DNA of 44,987 bases from a virus (lineage: Duplodnaviria > Caudoviricetes), in IMG/VR virus record IMGVR_UViG_3300049924_000088, positions 1 to 44,987 of that record. One strand, written 5' to 3'. Positions 8,493-17,667 of this stretch are shown in pieces. Under the pieces are notes generated by a model. That model was not told where the DNA came from. It was given only the letters and a program-made list of their open reading frames with translations, and ran no database searches. The first letter of the stretch is position 1; the number at the start of each line of letters is the position of its first letter. The position numbers and the translations under genes are program-made.

Positions 8493-8929
8493 TAGGATTC
8501 CAAAAACGTCACGCCGCCTTGCAAATTAAACGGCAACGTTGCTCCAACAGGCAGTACCCAGAGCCACCGCATGTCCGCCACGTCAACAATCGCATCGTGT
8601 GGTGGGTAAACCTCAATCGCAATTCGATTTGGCCAGAAGTAATCCTTGATACGCTGCAAGTCATCCCATTCAATCGGCTTGGCAAAACCACGCCGCGTAA
8701 CCTGCTCAGGCGTCTTACCACGCGTATGCTTGACGCTCACCCGCAGCGTACCTTCCCACGGTGTATCGTCACAGCCAGGCGTTGCGTCCTCCCACACTTG
8801 CACAACTACACCGCGTTCACGATCCACGTAGGCTCTCTGTGGTGCGTTTGGATACTGCAGCGTACCGCTAACGTCTTGCAATCGCGTTGGGTCAATCACC
8901 GCCAAACCTCCACTTTCAAAAGCCTGCAT
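8492..8929 (-). CDS. conserved phage protein (I.WDDLQ.IK..EVYPP..VDVA.MR.LW family, probably DUF7694)
   Basis: Motif recognition. Confidence 0.65.
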   Translation of the reverse strand: MQAFESGGLAVIDPTRLQDVSGTLQYPNAPQRAYVDRERGVVVQVWEDATPGCDDTPWEGTLRVSVKHTRGKTPEQVTRRGFAKPIEWDDLQRIKDYFWPNRIAIEVYPPHDAIVDVADMRWLWVLPVGATLPFNLQGGVTFLES

Positions 8930-9293
8930 TTCTCAACACTGACTGGGCCAGCCACACAACGCACGCTCGCACCTGCGCAGAGTCTGGTAGACGTAAGTGC
9001 CATTACCCTGAACAAATGCGCAACACCCCCTAGCCCACCGCGTTTTATGTCCGCAACATCTCGCGTATCTAACACCTCGCGAGCCCTCGACGTTGGCTAA
9101 ATTTTATCGACACAAAGTTGCGCCGCCTGCCAGTGGATAGTCGCCCACGTCCGCGTTGACCTTTGGTCCCCTTTGGCATCGGGCACTACTGGGTTGCGGT
9201 GGCTAGGATTTCGCCCGTGATTACTCAGCGCCTCAGCGCCATCGGTACGTCACGTGATACCGTTGCGGCAATCGGGCCGCTATGTGCAGTCGA
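8930..9293 (-). ncRNA. candidate structured non-coding RNA / cis-element
   Basis: Largest gap without a minus-strand ORF; several nested stems and a long-range helix 9029-9041/9196-9207. Confidence 0.4.
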
Positions 9294-9482
9294 TTACCCT
9301 TCCTCAACCACAGTTTCTGTCACTTGCAAAATCCGCAGCTTGCCTTTGGGATTGTTCGCTTTCATGTCGGCAAATTCTTCCTTAGCATCTTCAAGCGTTG
9401 CGATGTTCATTCGCACGACGTTCCAGCCGCCGTTCTCTGGTGAGTGCCGCATAATTATGTAGCTTGTCATCGTTACCTCCAT
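9294..9482 (-). CDS. hypothetical protein
   Basis: ORF; GGAGGT RBS before the second Met. Confidence 0.6.
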   Translation of the reverse strand: MEVTMTSYIIMRHSPENGGWNVVRMNIATLEDAKEEFADMKANNPKGKLRILQVTETVVEEG

Positions 9483-9575
9483 TTAATTAAAAAACCCTTG
9501 CGACTACGGAACGGCTGGCAGTGCAGTCACCAGACTCTTGGGCGCTCGGATCGAACGAGCCGCTACCCCTGTCCC

Positions 9576-9809
9576 TCACCGTAGTTGCTCCGTCGCATTG
9601 CAATAGCCCTCGAGCCACAATCTGGCAAGTCCATCGTTATTTTTGTATGGATTCGCTTCAGCATTGATATGTGACATAGCTGCCCGATGACCTTCTTTGC
9701 GAACTGCTTCATAATCTGCATTCTTGAGGCGCGACATGCCAATCGCGAACAACACAACTACACACAAAATTACAGTTGTCCAAAAAGCCACTTCTATTTT
9801 ATAGCTCAT
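9576..9809 (-). CDS. small membrane-anchored protein
   Basis: N-terminal TM; ANPY..W.EGY C-terminal motif. Confidence 0.6.
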   Translation of the reverse strand: MSYKIEVAFWTTVILCVVVLFAIGMSRLKNADYEAVRKEGHRAAMSHINAEANPYKNNDGLARLWLEGYCNATEQLR

Positions 9810-9823
9810 ACTATCAGTCCATG

Positions 9824-9862
9824 AAAAAACCCTTGCTACTCCACTACAGGTAGCAAGGGTTT
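9824..9862 (-). terminator. intrinsic terminator
   Basis: 13-bp stem AAACCCTTGCTAC/GTAGCAAGGGTTT, 10-nt loop, U6 tract. Confidence 0.75.
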
Positions 9863-9920
9863 ATGTCGGGTTGCCCCGTTGAATCCGATTGTTACGCCGT
9901 AGTGGTTGCGTGTGGTCATG

Positions 9921-10157
9921 TTACGGTCGCTCGGTGTTGGTGTCAAGTTGTGATGGTTCGATCCGCAGTATCTTTACAATGCGCTTCAACAACACATCCC
10001 TGCTCAAACCGCCTGCGTTTTGCCTGTCGATTACGAGCACAATGGAATCGGCAAGCTCTCCGGTATCCGTCCTCGTAATGTCGTCCACGATCGCCTCAGC
10101 AATTTGCCGCCGCCGCTCGTTGTCCGCTTGCTCTGACATACTAGCTAGACTTGCCAT
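9921..10157 (-). CDS. hypothetical protein
   Basis: AGGAG RBS. Confidence 0.55.
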   Translation of the reverse strand: MASLASMSEQADNERRRQIAEAIVDDITRTDTGELADSIVLVIDRQNAGGLSRDVLLKRIVKILRIEPSQLDTNTERP

Positions 10158-10368
10158 GTTCTTGCTCCTGTATCACTATCTCGAATCGCACCACTTCGGG
10201 AAACTTGCTTGGCTCAATTCCTACGCCGACGCCCATCAGTTCTAACATTGTGCTAGCCGAGCAATCCTCATCAATTCTTTCCTCGAATTGGCACACCTGC
10301 CGCTCGCTCATAATCGCAATGTCTTTGTGATAGCCGTCCGCGTTGAATGCCCTAATGACAACTCTCAT
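10141..10368 (-). CDS. hypothetical protein
   Basis: GGAGCAAGAACA leader, same as the leader of the next gene. Confidence 0.55.
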   Translation of the reverse strand: MRVVIRAFNADGYHKDIAIMSERQVCQFEERIDEDCSASTMLELMGVGVGIEPSKFPEVVRFEIVIQEQEHGKSS

Positions 10369-10414
10369 TGTTCTTGCTCCAAATGTCTCATCTGGTCGGT
10401 TGTGTCGTAGGCTG

Positions 10415-10675
10415 TCATTTGACTTGCACCAGCGAATCCTTCCAGTCGCCTACGAGGGGTGGAACGTCGAGCCATAGCGGAACTTCGCCACAATAGGCGG
10501 GCGACGAAACATCCCACAATCTCCCGTCATTGGTCGGCTTTCTTCTATAAAAATAAGCCTCACCATCCGCATCATACGCAAACCAGATGCCCCGCTTGAT
10601 AAACGGCGGCCACTCAAACGGCTTGGCTTGCTCAATGATTACGTCCGGCAACTCAACTTCAATCGTCATTTTCAA
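10415..10675 (-). CDS. hypothetical protein
   Basis: W.A.D.DG..Y.Y..KP motif common in phage small proteins. Confidence 0.6.
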   Translation of the reverse strand: MKMTIEVELPDVIIEQAKPFEWPPFIKRGIWFAYDADGEAYFYRRKPTNDGRLWDVSSPAYCGEVPLWLDVPPLVGDWKDSLVQVK

Positions 10676-10860
10676 AATGGCACCCCTTCCATCCTCTTTG
10701 TATAGGCTGCAATCTCTTCATCAGTTCGTAAAAATTGCCAAGCTTCATCTATCTCCGCGTGCATGTCCAACAACTTGTCATACGCTTCACGTTTGCGACC
10801 GGCCCTCAATAGGTCAAGTATGGTCTGTAGCTTCTCTTCCAGTCGATTTGTGTAGCTCAA
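10672..10860 (-). CDS. hypothetical protein
   Basis: TTGA-coupled ORF. Confidence 0.5.
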   Translation of the reverse strand: MSYTNRLEEKLQTILDLLRAGRKREAYDKLLDMHAEIDEAWQFLRTDEEIAAYTKRMEGVPF

Positions 10861-11045
10861 AATGGTGCGTCCCTCTCTTCGTCGTCGACAGTAAGAAAAT
10901 CAATCTCACGCTCAATCTGATCGGACAACTTGTGCAGCAACCGCAGCGACCTCCGATAGCGTCGCTTGTACTTTGACGCGATGACTTCCTCAATCAACTC
11001 AGTGATAACGTCTTCGATAGCGTCGTGGATTTCTTCAAGCGTCAT
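10857..11045 (-). CDS. hypothetical protein
   Basis: ORF in series. Confidence 0.5.
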   Translation of the reverse strand: MTLEEIHDAIEDVITELIEEVIASKYKRRYRRSLRLLHKLSDQIEREIDFLTVDDEERDAPF

Positions 11046-12858
11046 TGGTCACCCCATGTAATTCCGCCCGTCGCTGTATCCATGCTTTGCGAAGTTCAGG
11101 CAACAGTTTTTTGACAAAGTATTGCTCACTGAAATCCTTGATTCGTTGGCCGACGGATTGCAATTCCGCATGCGTTGCCGCCGTACTTATTTGCCCAGTC
11201 CAAGTCGTCTTGGTCCGCGCAATGTGCTTACCGATCATCGAGCTTGCTTCGCGTGCCGTGATTGTCTTGGCTCGCTTTTTAGCAACCCCCATCTGTCGCA
11301 ACGCGTATTGCTGATTCTTTGACGCCTTCGGTTCACCGCCGCTATAGTCGAATTGCTCACCATCAAACATATCCACATCGACCGCATGATAGTCCGCGGA
11401 GTCTGCTTTCGTTCGCGTCATCAATCGCTCTCTACGAGCCTTCTCCGCTCGCTCTTTTGCTTCCTTGCGTGCTTGCTTAACTTGCTCTGCCAGCGCTTCC
11501 ATGTCGACCGTATCGCCCGACTTCTTGGCAATCGCTAGAGCCTCTTCGATATCAATCTTACCGACCGAAGATCCCGCTAACACGTCGATCACACTGGCCA
11601 ATCGATGCTTGCCTGAGTTGCCGACAAAATCGAGAATAACGCAATGGCTCTTCGCGCTCTGTGCAATTGCTTGCCGCCTCTCATGGGCCGTCGCTAGCCC
11701 ATCAACCACGCCCGGCAATGTTCGCGTTGCCCGCCCGACGATTTGCAGTAGCAACGATTCACTTTTGGTCATCCGGCAATTGACAACAACCGCCGTTTTC
11801 GGAGCATCGAAGCCCTCGCAAAACACTAGGCAATTGACTAGCACTTGCAAATCGCCGTCGCGATACTCTGCTATGTACCGCTCGCGTTCCGATGGAGGCG
11901 TATCCTCAATTACACATTCAACTCTTACGCCATTAGCCCGAAAGCAGGCTGCCAATTTCTTCGCGTGTTCCTTGCCCGTCGCAAAGACAAGCGTTTTTTC
12001 CCCGTTAGCTTCGAGCAACGCAGGCTTGACCACTGCATGTAGTCTAACCTCCTCCTCCTTATCCGTGCCCAGCCAAGCAGCTTGCAATTGCCCTTCCGAT
12101 AGGTCGCCTCTTGTTACGTCGACTTGGCTTATATCCAGGCTCTCGACCGTCACAAACTTCTGACGAATCGGGACCAGCCAGCCCTCCTTAATGCCCAGTG
12201 GTAGCGGCATTCGATACGCGACTGACTTGCAAACGTTGTGCAAACCCACTTTGTCCGATCTGTTCGGGGTCGCCGTTACAAATAGTTTCTTGAGCCGTTT
12301 GTTTTGTTCGAACCAAGCAAACGTCTTGCGGAACTTCGGCGCGACCGCGTGATGCCCTTCGTCAGTGGTCACTAGCCCGAAATCATCTGGATCAAATCGT
12401 GTGAATCGTCGCACCTTGCCATCAGTGCACTTGTCGCATCCTTCGCTACACTCTGGACACCGCCTCAGAGCTGTTAGCGTGTCGATAGACGCAACCACAA
12501 CATCGCTCTTACTGCATGCCCAATTGCCTGCCATCTCGATAGCTGCACTGATACCAGCCCGCTTGGCATGGCCCATAGCTTGGAGGATCATCTCCTTTCG
12601 GTGAGCAATCAACAGAATCCGCCCGTGATTCTTCACATCCCATCGGCGCATGACCTCACTGAAAATAACGCTCTTGCCCAGTCCGGTAGCCATGTCGACC
12701 AGCGTTGAATCGACCTCCTCCCACTCGCTGAAAACGGCCTCCACCGCTTCACTCTGGTAGGGACGCAAGATGATTTCACACTGTGACGCAATGCGGGCAA
12801 TCGTCGACTGTGCGGCCTCTTCGTCCCATTCGGTGAATAGTGAATACGCTGCGCTCAT
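11035..12858 (-). CDS. superfamily 2 (DEAD/DEAH-box) helicase
   Basis: LRPYQ, MATGLGKS, DEGHH, TATPNRSD, EGFD.P, Q.VGR.TR. Confidence 0.92.
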   Translation of the reverse strand: MSAAYSLFTEWDEEAAQSTIARIASQCEIILRPYQSEAVEAVFSEWEEVDSTLVDMATGLGKSVIFSEVMRRWDVKNHGRILLIAHRKEMILQAMGHAKRAGISAAIEMAGNWACSKSDVVVASIDTLTALRRCPECSEGCDKCTDGKVRRFTRFDPDDFGLVTTDEGHHAVAPKFRKTFAWFEQNKRLKKLFVTATPNRSDKVGLHNVCKSVAYRMPLPLGIKEGWLVPIRQKFVTVESLDISQVDVTRGDLSEGQLQAAWLGTDKEEEVRLHAVVKPALLEANGEKTLVFATGKEHAKKLAACFRANGVRVECVIEDTPPSERERYIAEYRDGDLQVLVNCLVFCEGFDAPKTAVVVNCRMTKSESLLLQIVGRATRTLPGVVDGLATAHERRQAIAQSAKSHCVILDFVGNSGKHRLASVIDVLAGSSVGKIDIEEALAIAKKSGDTVDMEALAEQVKQARKEAKERAEKARRERLMTRTKADSADYHAVDVDMFDGEQFDYSGGEPKASKNQQYALRQMGVAKKRAKTITAREASSMIGKHIARTKTTWTGQISTAATHAELQSVGQRIKDFSEQYFVKKLLPELRKAWIQRRAELHGVTNDA

Positions 12859-13604
12859 TTCAGCCCGTCCACGCTCTTAGCCGCACCCTTCGACAGCCAG
12901 CCAATTGACCGACAGTTTGCACATCCCTTGCCCTTGCACGACTCGCACTCTCGACAATAGGCCGTTGCCCGTATGTCAGACTTGAGTTGCTTGCAGGTCA
13001 GTTGCACGCTCTGCATGATCAGTTCCAGATACTCGCCGCCAATCTCCTGTGAGTATTCCGTTAGCTCGCGGACGATGCCATCGAGCCTATGAGCCGACGA
13101 TATGATTTTTGCGGCCAGTCGCTCGGGGTGGTTTTGTTCGGGCTCCGGTTCTTGCTCCTCGACCGGCTCAGCCTCTTTCGGCTTGCTTGTGACCACTTCG
13201 ACCGCGTTTCGATAGTCGCTGGCCGTTGGTTTGCGGTCCTCAGCCGCCGCGATTTCTGCTGCCATTTGCACTACTTCCGCTTGTTTTTCGACAGGGGCTT
13301 TACCAACTTCTCGCAACTGAGACTCCACGATTGGCAGTTCAGTTTTGTGTAAAATTTTACACAAATTCGCGTTGACCTCAGCCGCCTCAATTAGCTGGTA
13401 AGCACGCCGCCGCTCGATGCTAAATGTCTCTTGCACAAATGTCTCAAACGTGTCATGAGTCTCCTTATAGACGCCCAAATCACGCAGTTCGATCAAGTAG
13501 GTTCCAACGCGGACGAATGCGGGCAAGTCCTTATTGATCGCTTTGCACAGTTCGTCGTGGCGTGCCTTGTTGCGTTGTGCGATGACTCGATCGTTGACAC
13601 TCAT
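12855..13604 (-). CDS. hypothetical DNA-binding protein with C-terminal CxxCxGxG Zn ribbon
   Basis: G..L.E.RD..Y..TFE..RRRAYQLI N-terminus; CESCKGKGCANC; GAGGT RBS. Confidence 0.6.
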   Translation of the reverse strand: MSVNDRVIAQRNKARHDELCKAINKDLPAFVRVGTYLIELRDLGVYKETHDTFETFVQETFSIERRRAYQLIEAAEVNANLCKILHKTELPIVESQLREVGKAPVEKQAEVVQMAAEIAAAEDRKPTASDYRNAVEVVTSKPKEAEPVEEQEPEPEQNHPERLAAKIISSAHRLDGIVRELTEYSQEIGGEYLELIMQSVQLTCKQLKSDIRATAYCRECESCKGKGCANCRSIGWLSKGAAKSVDGLK

Positions 13605-13763
13605 GCTTACCTCAAGTAAAGGGAGACCCCGAGCCAATGTTTGAGCATCACTTGCCGCAGATACGGCGTAGAATCACTGGCTCGGGATCGTGTTCATAGT
13701 GATGCTCAATCACTGCCAATCAATTTATTCGTTCGCGGTGCCGTTGTCAACTGCATCGTAGCG

Positions 13764-14339
13764 TCACCTTTGGCCGAATTCGATTACCCATACCCACGGA
13801 TTGTGCTGCCAACTGCCTTTGCCGTTGATAACCTCCCACAGTTTTGCAAATGCTCCTCTATTTGTTAACGCGGCAGGCACACCCTCGCACTGTGCACCTT
13901 CTGCTATGGCGTCAACTTCCGTGATGTCGTTAAGTCGCTCAGTTCGCACGCCGGTAATCTCAATAGTAATTCTGCTAGCCCGTCGTGGCATATGAATTGA
14001 CGGTTTCCATTTGATGCCATCCCATGGATCAGGCTTACCGTCCGCCTTGTAAAAAATGTTGTTGTCCGCGCAGATAGCGAATGTTTCGCGAACCCAAAGG
14101 CGGTCACCAACTGCACCGTATGGGCAATCAGCGCAAACAGGCGTGTCATAGCCGTCGATGCCGAACCAGCGACCGTCTTGCAATCGCCATTCGTACACGT
14201 TGGCCATCAACATTGACAGCGTGATGCATCGCTTCGGGTCCGAGTCTTTGGCTTTAACAATCCGTCGTGTCTGGGTCTTTCGACCGTCGAGAATGGCACG
14301 AACCATAGGGCCGGCAAATAGTATTGGCCGTTCGTTCAT
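13764..14339 (-). CDS. ASCH/PUA-like phage protein
   Basis: ERPILF..PMVRAIL.GRKTQTRR, GDRLWVRET, WKPSIHMPR.ASR, NPWVWVIEF. Confidence 0.85.
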   Translation of the reverse strand: MNERPILFAGPMVRAILDGRKTQTRRIVKAKDSDPKRCITLSMLMANVYEWRLQDGRWFGIDGYDTPVCADCPYGAVGDRLWVRETFAICADNNIFYKADGKPDPWDGIKWKPSIHMPRRASRITIEITGVRTERLNDITEVDAIAEGAQCEGVPAALTNRGAFAKLWEVINGKGSWQHNPWVWVIEFGQR

Positions 14340-14884
14340 TTGATTTGCACCTTTCGGCGGTAGTCATACTCGTAGTATGTGATGGCATATTTGGAATTGA
14401 ACTTATCGACGGCCGCTTGCAGTTCGGCCATGTCTTCTTCCGCAACGTGTAGTTCGCAATCATCGTACGTGTCCTCCTGCATCGCCTCGATTGCTCTATC
14501 GATGTCGAGCAGACGAACACACTTTAGACCAAGAAAAGCAAAGTCTGGCGCTTCGAGTTCATCCCGCGCATAGTCCGCTAAATCCTCTGGCGAATCAAAC
14601 CAGCCGTCACGATTGCCTTGCACCTCCTCGCTGAAAATCATTGAATCGCCATCCCACTCGACTAGTTCAGCTTCTTCGAGTTGCTTGCGTCGTCGTTCCT
14701 TACGGGCAGCCTCGCTACAGTCGTTACACTTTGTGGCCCACCTGTACGCCTTTGACTTGCCGCAAGCGCATGGAGTACAGCACCGCTCGACGCATTCTTT
14801 AGGCGTAACCAAGTTGCAAACGCCGCACACCCACACGCCGCACGGCTTGCCAGTCTTTGGGCTGATCAGTTCGTATGCGTTCAT
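14336..14884 (-). CDS. hypothetical protein with Cys-rich N-terminus
   Basis: Multiple CxxC; ATGA overlaps. Confidence 0.6.
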   Translation of the reverse strand: MNAYELISPKTGKPCGVWVCGVCNLVTPKECVERCCTPCACGKSKAYRWATKCNDCSEAARKERRRKQLEEAELVEWDGDSMIFSEEVQGNRDGWFDSPEDLADYARDELEAPDFAFLGLKCVRLLDIDRAIEAMQEDTYDDCELHVAEEDMAELQAAVDKFNSKYAITYYEYDYRRKVQIK

Positions 14885-15123
14885 AGTTCACCTGTTCCGT
14901 TGCATTTTGGACACTCGCGATACTCTGTAGTTTCATTTGGCAGAACGCCACTTCCGCTACACCTTGGACACTCTAGCGGATCGTCATAGTAGTCGGCGTC
15001 TTCGTCGTTGTGGTCGCAATGCTCACACATCGCCGCATAGCCTGCGTCCGGCAGCAAGATGTCGTCAATGTCGCCGTTGCAATGACACGTTAAACCGCAT
15101 TCAGGACACTCGTGGGCCATCAC
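14881..15123 (-). CDS. small Zn-finger protein
   Basis: HECPECG..CHC..DIDD and CxxCxGxG repeats. Confidence 0.6.
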   Translation of the reverse strand: MMAHECPECGLTCHCNGDIDDILLPDAGYAAMCEHCDHNDEDADYYDDPLECPRCSGSGVLPNETTEYRECPKCNGTGEL

Positions 15124-15521
15124 TTGTCCTCCAGTATCTTGAGCCCGACAATCGATTCGCCAAAAACTTTTTTCTTCACGCTCGGCTTAGGTCGCTCGCC
15201 TGTAACCAGCACGCGCAGGCCAAGCGTGTTTTTCTCACCGAACCAATCGCCACGCACTGGAATGATCGTTAGCTTTTTACCGACCAACTTTTCACAATCG
15301 ATCGAACCAAGTTCTGCTTTGATCATCCGATAATTAACTTGATCCACTGGACAAAAAAGCGGCTTGTGTGCTTTGGCAAATTGGATTAGCAGCCCTTCCT
15401 TTTTGACGTTCTCGTTTTCGCGCGTCACAATTTGAGCTGACTCGATTGTGAGCGTGAAGCTTGAGTAAACGCCGTTCACGATTAGGTCTTCGCCCTTGAG
15501 TAGTGCGGGGTCTTTGTTCAT
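15120..15521 (-). CDS. hypothetical protein, possible ssDNA-binding/annealing partner
   Basis: Beta-rich; near the exonuclease gene. Confidence 0.5.
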   Translation of the reverse strand: MNKDPALLKGEDLIVNGVYSSFTLTIESAQIVTRENENVKKEGLLIQFAKAHKPLFCPVDQVNYRMIKAELGSIDCEKLVGKKLTIIPVRGDWFGEKNTLGLRVLVTGERPKPSVKKKVFGESIVGLKILEDK

Positions 15522-15844
15522 AGTCGTGGTACCGCATTAGGTGCTATCAACTCGACGACGATAGACGCAACCGCCTGACGAATGCACTTTACTGGACTAT
15601 CGCCGTTTTCGACACCGACTTTAATCATCCAGCCGCCATACTTTTCAACAAACTCATCGTTATTTACGGCGGCTTTAAAGGTGTGATCCAGCCAATGCCA
15701 TAGCGCTCCTTCACATGCGCCATCCCAGGCTTGTTGGATTATCTCCGGTAGTTCGGCAAATTGTGGCATTGGATCACCGCGAAAATTCTTCCAACCAACT
15801 ACTTCGCCATACGCTGCGTATGCTGCTTTAGCTCGCTCACTCAT
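15518..15844 (-). CDS. hypothetical protein
   Basis: AY.AY..KNF.G.PMP...LP..IQ.AW motif. Confidence 0.55.
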   Translation of the reverse strand: MSERAKAAYAAYGEVVGWKNFRGDPMPQFAELPEIIQQAWDGACEGALWHWLDHTFKAAVNNDEFVEKYGGWMIKVGVENGDSPVKCIRQAVASIVVELIAPNAVPRL

Positions 15845-16719
15845 TGCACAGTCCCCCAATCAAAATCGTCATCCCGCATTTTCCAATTCGGTACGTAGAG
15901 ATCCACCTCAGCCTTGCCCTTATCGACGCCCGGCCACACGCCCGACTCCATGCACTGTAGATAGTCTTTGCAAACACGATGCACGTCATACACTGCATTC
16001 TCCAGCACGATGTCGGGCACATTGGTTACGCATGTGTCGTAATCGCCGCCGACCTCTTGCACAATAATTTTGACCTCTGGGAATTCACCGTACTCTTGCC
16101 GGTACAGTTCCCAGTAGATGGCAAGTTGAAAATCGTAGTTGAGGTTCGCGGCTGATCGACCGAATGCGTAGGGTGATGCGTTGCTAGTTGTCTTCAGGTC
16201 GCAAAGAAAACCTTTGCCCACGATGTCAGCACGGCCCTTAAACGGGATGCCGCAAATCTCACCTAGTAGCTGCTGCTCAGTGTGCGCACCTTCGAGATAC
16301 TTTGGCGCTGAGTGATGCGAGCGGATAGCCTCAATCGCGTGCAAACACTTGTCGAACATTTCGCGCGGTACAACTGATCGACCGACGTTAGCCGCTAGAA
16401 AATCTCTGACTCGCTGTCCGTAGTATGTCGTAGCCTTGCTGTCGGTTCTGCGGTCTTCTTCTGGTTCGTTTTTGTTCTTGGCCTTGCGCAGATTGTTTGG
16501 GTCAAGATGAAAGTCCGGCATCACCACGAACCGCCGTTCGAACTCCTCGGGCTCAAGTAATAGCACGTGTGTTGTCGTGCCCAGCTCTTTGCTAATCGTC
16601 GGGTCCTCATCGCCGCCGCTCTTAATGCGATTGTGTAGCCGCAACATCGAGTGCAGCCCGTGGACAATCGTTGACGCGTTCATCCTATCGATGCTTTGAT
16701 ACGCCGCGAAATTATTCAT
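15841..16719 (-). CDS. PD-(D/E)XK exonuclease, RecE/ExoVIII C-terminal-like
   Basis: GT..H..LLEP, KGRAD, DLKTT, Y..Q.A.Y. Confidence 0.85.
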   Translation of the reverse strand: MNNFAAYQSIDRMNASTIVHGLHSMLRLHNRIKSGGDEDPTISKELGTTTHVLLLEPEEFERRFVVMPDFHLDPNNLRKAKNKNEPEEDRRTDSKATTYYGQRVRDFLAANVGRSVVPREMFDKCLHAIEAIRSHHSAPKYLEGAHTEQQLLGEICGIPFKGRADIVGKGFLCDLKTTSNASPYAFGRSAANLNYDFQLAIYWELYRQEYGEFPEVKIIVQEVGGDYDTCVTNVPDIVLENAVYDVHRVCKDYLQCMESGVWPGVDKGKAEVDLYVPNWKMRDDDFDWGTVQ

Positions 16720-17068
16720 CTGAGTTACCTTCCACGAAATCGGGATGATACGGCAATAAACACGTTATCGCGCCGTCGAAAATCTCCTTGCCGTCAGCGT
16801 CTTTCGGGAAGTGATATGCACGACAAGGCCAACCGCACTCTATTCCAGTGTGACCGCCGGTACAAACTCCTTCGCCGTAGGCCAATCCCCAGCGAAATGA
16901 ACCCAGAAAGCCGCCTAATTTTGAACCACATTTTGGACAAACGCCCGGCGAGCAAAACGTAGCAAAATACGCGTCAAGTGCACTTTTTATGTCGGACCAA
17001 TCTGCACCGTCCGAATTGATTTTCAACACGTCCTCGCAACCCAGCTTCGATATATCTTTCGTTTGCAT
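16712..17068 (-). CDS. hypothetical Zn-ribbon protein
   Basis: CPKCG, F.WG..GEG.C..CGWP.R.YH. Confidence 0.6.
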   Translation of the reverse strand: MQTKDISKLGCEDVLKINSDGADWSDIKSALDAYFATFCSPGVCPKCGSKLGGFLGSFRWGLAYGEGVCTGGHTGIECGWPCRAYHFPKDADGKEIFDGAITCLLPYHPDFVEGNSDE

Positions 17069-17166
17069 CACCAAATCCTAAACAAATGTTCGCTAACCAC
17101 CGCCAACAAAATCGCCGCAATGATGGCCAACGAAAACATCATGGCCGTTGAGTTGTTCTCACTCAT
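17068..17166 (-). CDS. 32-aa membrane peptide
   Basis: Hand translation MSENNSTAMMFSLAIIAAILLAVVSEHLFRIW; TGATG coupling. Confidence 0.5.
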   Translation of the reverse strand: MSENNSTAMMFSLAIIAAILLAVVSEHLFRIW

Positions 17167-17449
17167 ATTTGCGCCGCCTCAGTCTTGGCATCTCCGCATA
17201 AAATCTTGGCTCGCGCAAACTGTCGTCGCGTTTGGCGTAGACCATGTTCCGCATAGCCTCTAGCCTTTTCGCTTTGACTATCGCAACTCGCTCCGCAATC
17301 TCTTCGGGTGTCGGCGACTCAACTTCGTCGCTGTCTAAATCTTCTCCGCGTGCTATTGCCCTGATCTGCCCAAAATCAATTTGCAGCATCCGCGCAATGT
17401 GACGCAAACCATGACCCTCATCGAGTAGTTGTTTAATTCGCTCTTTCAT
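17159..17449 (-). CDS. HTH-containing protein
   Basis: G.GLRHIARML HTH-like segment; PTPEEIAER motif. Confidence 0.55.
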   Translation of the reverse strand: MKERIKQLLDEGHGLRHIARMLQIDFGQIRAIARGEDLDSDEVESPTPEEIAERVAIVKAKRLEAMRNMVYAKRDDSLREPRFYAEMPRLRRRKYE

Positions 17450-17667
17450 TATCGTTGCCCCGGTAGTGTGATTGATTCGTGGATGCCAGTACGCTTGGCA
17501 ATCTCAATGATTTTTTCATCATCAAGTTTGCCCAGGAATTCGACTACGCGACCAACCAGCATTGGCGTTGACTTGCCATCGGCGTCCTTGATCGTTCCGC
17601 ACCGAGGGCACCACCAAACGCCAGCAATTATTGAGTGCATCGTATGATCGCAATTAGGACACGCCAT
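17449..17667 (-). CDS. Zn-ribbon protein
   Basis: CPNCDHTM..WCPRCGT; GAGGGGAG RBS. Confidence 0.6.
   Translation of the reverse strand: MACPNCDHTMHSIIAGVWWCPRCGTIKDADGKSTPMLVGRVVEFLGKLDDEKIIEIAKRTGIHESITLPGQR

Noticed and set aside
9870-9895. TAACAATCGGATTCAACGG resembles the left arm of an integron attC-like repeat
   Set aside because: No complementary right arm or GTTRRRY site follows
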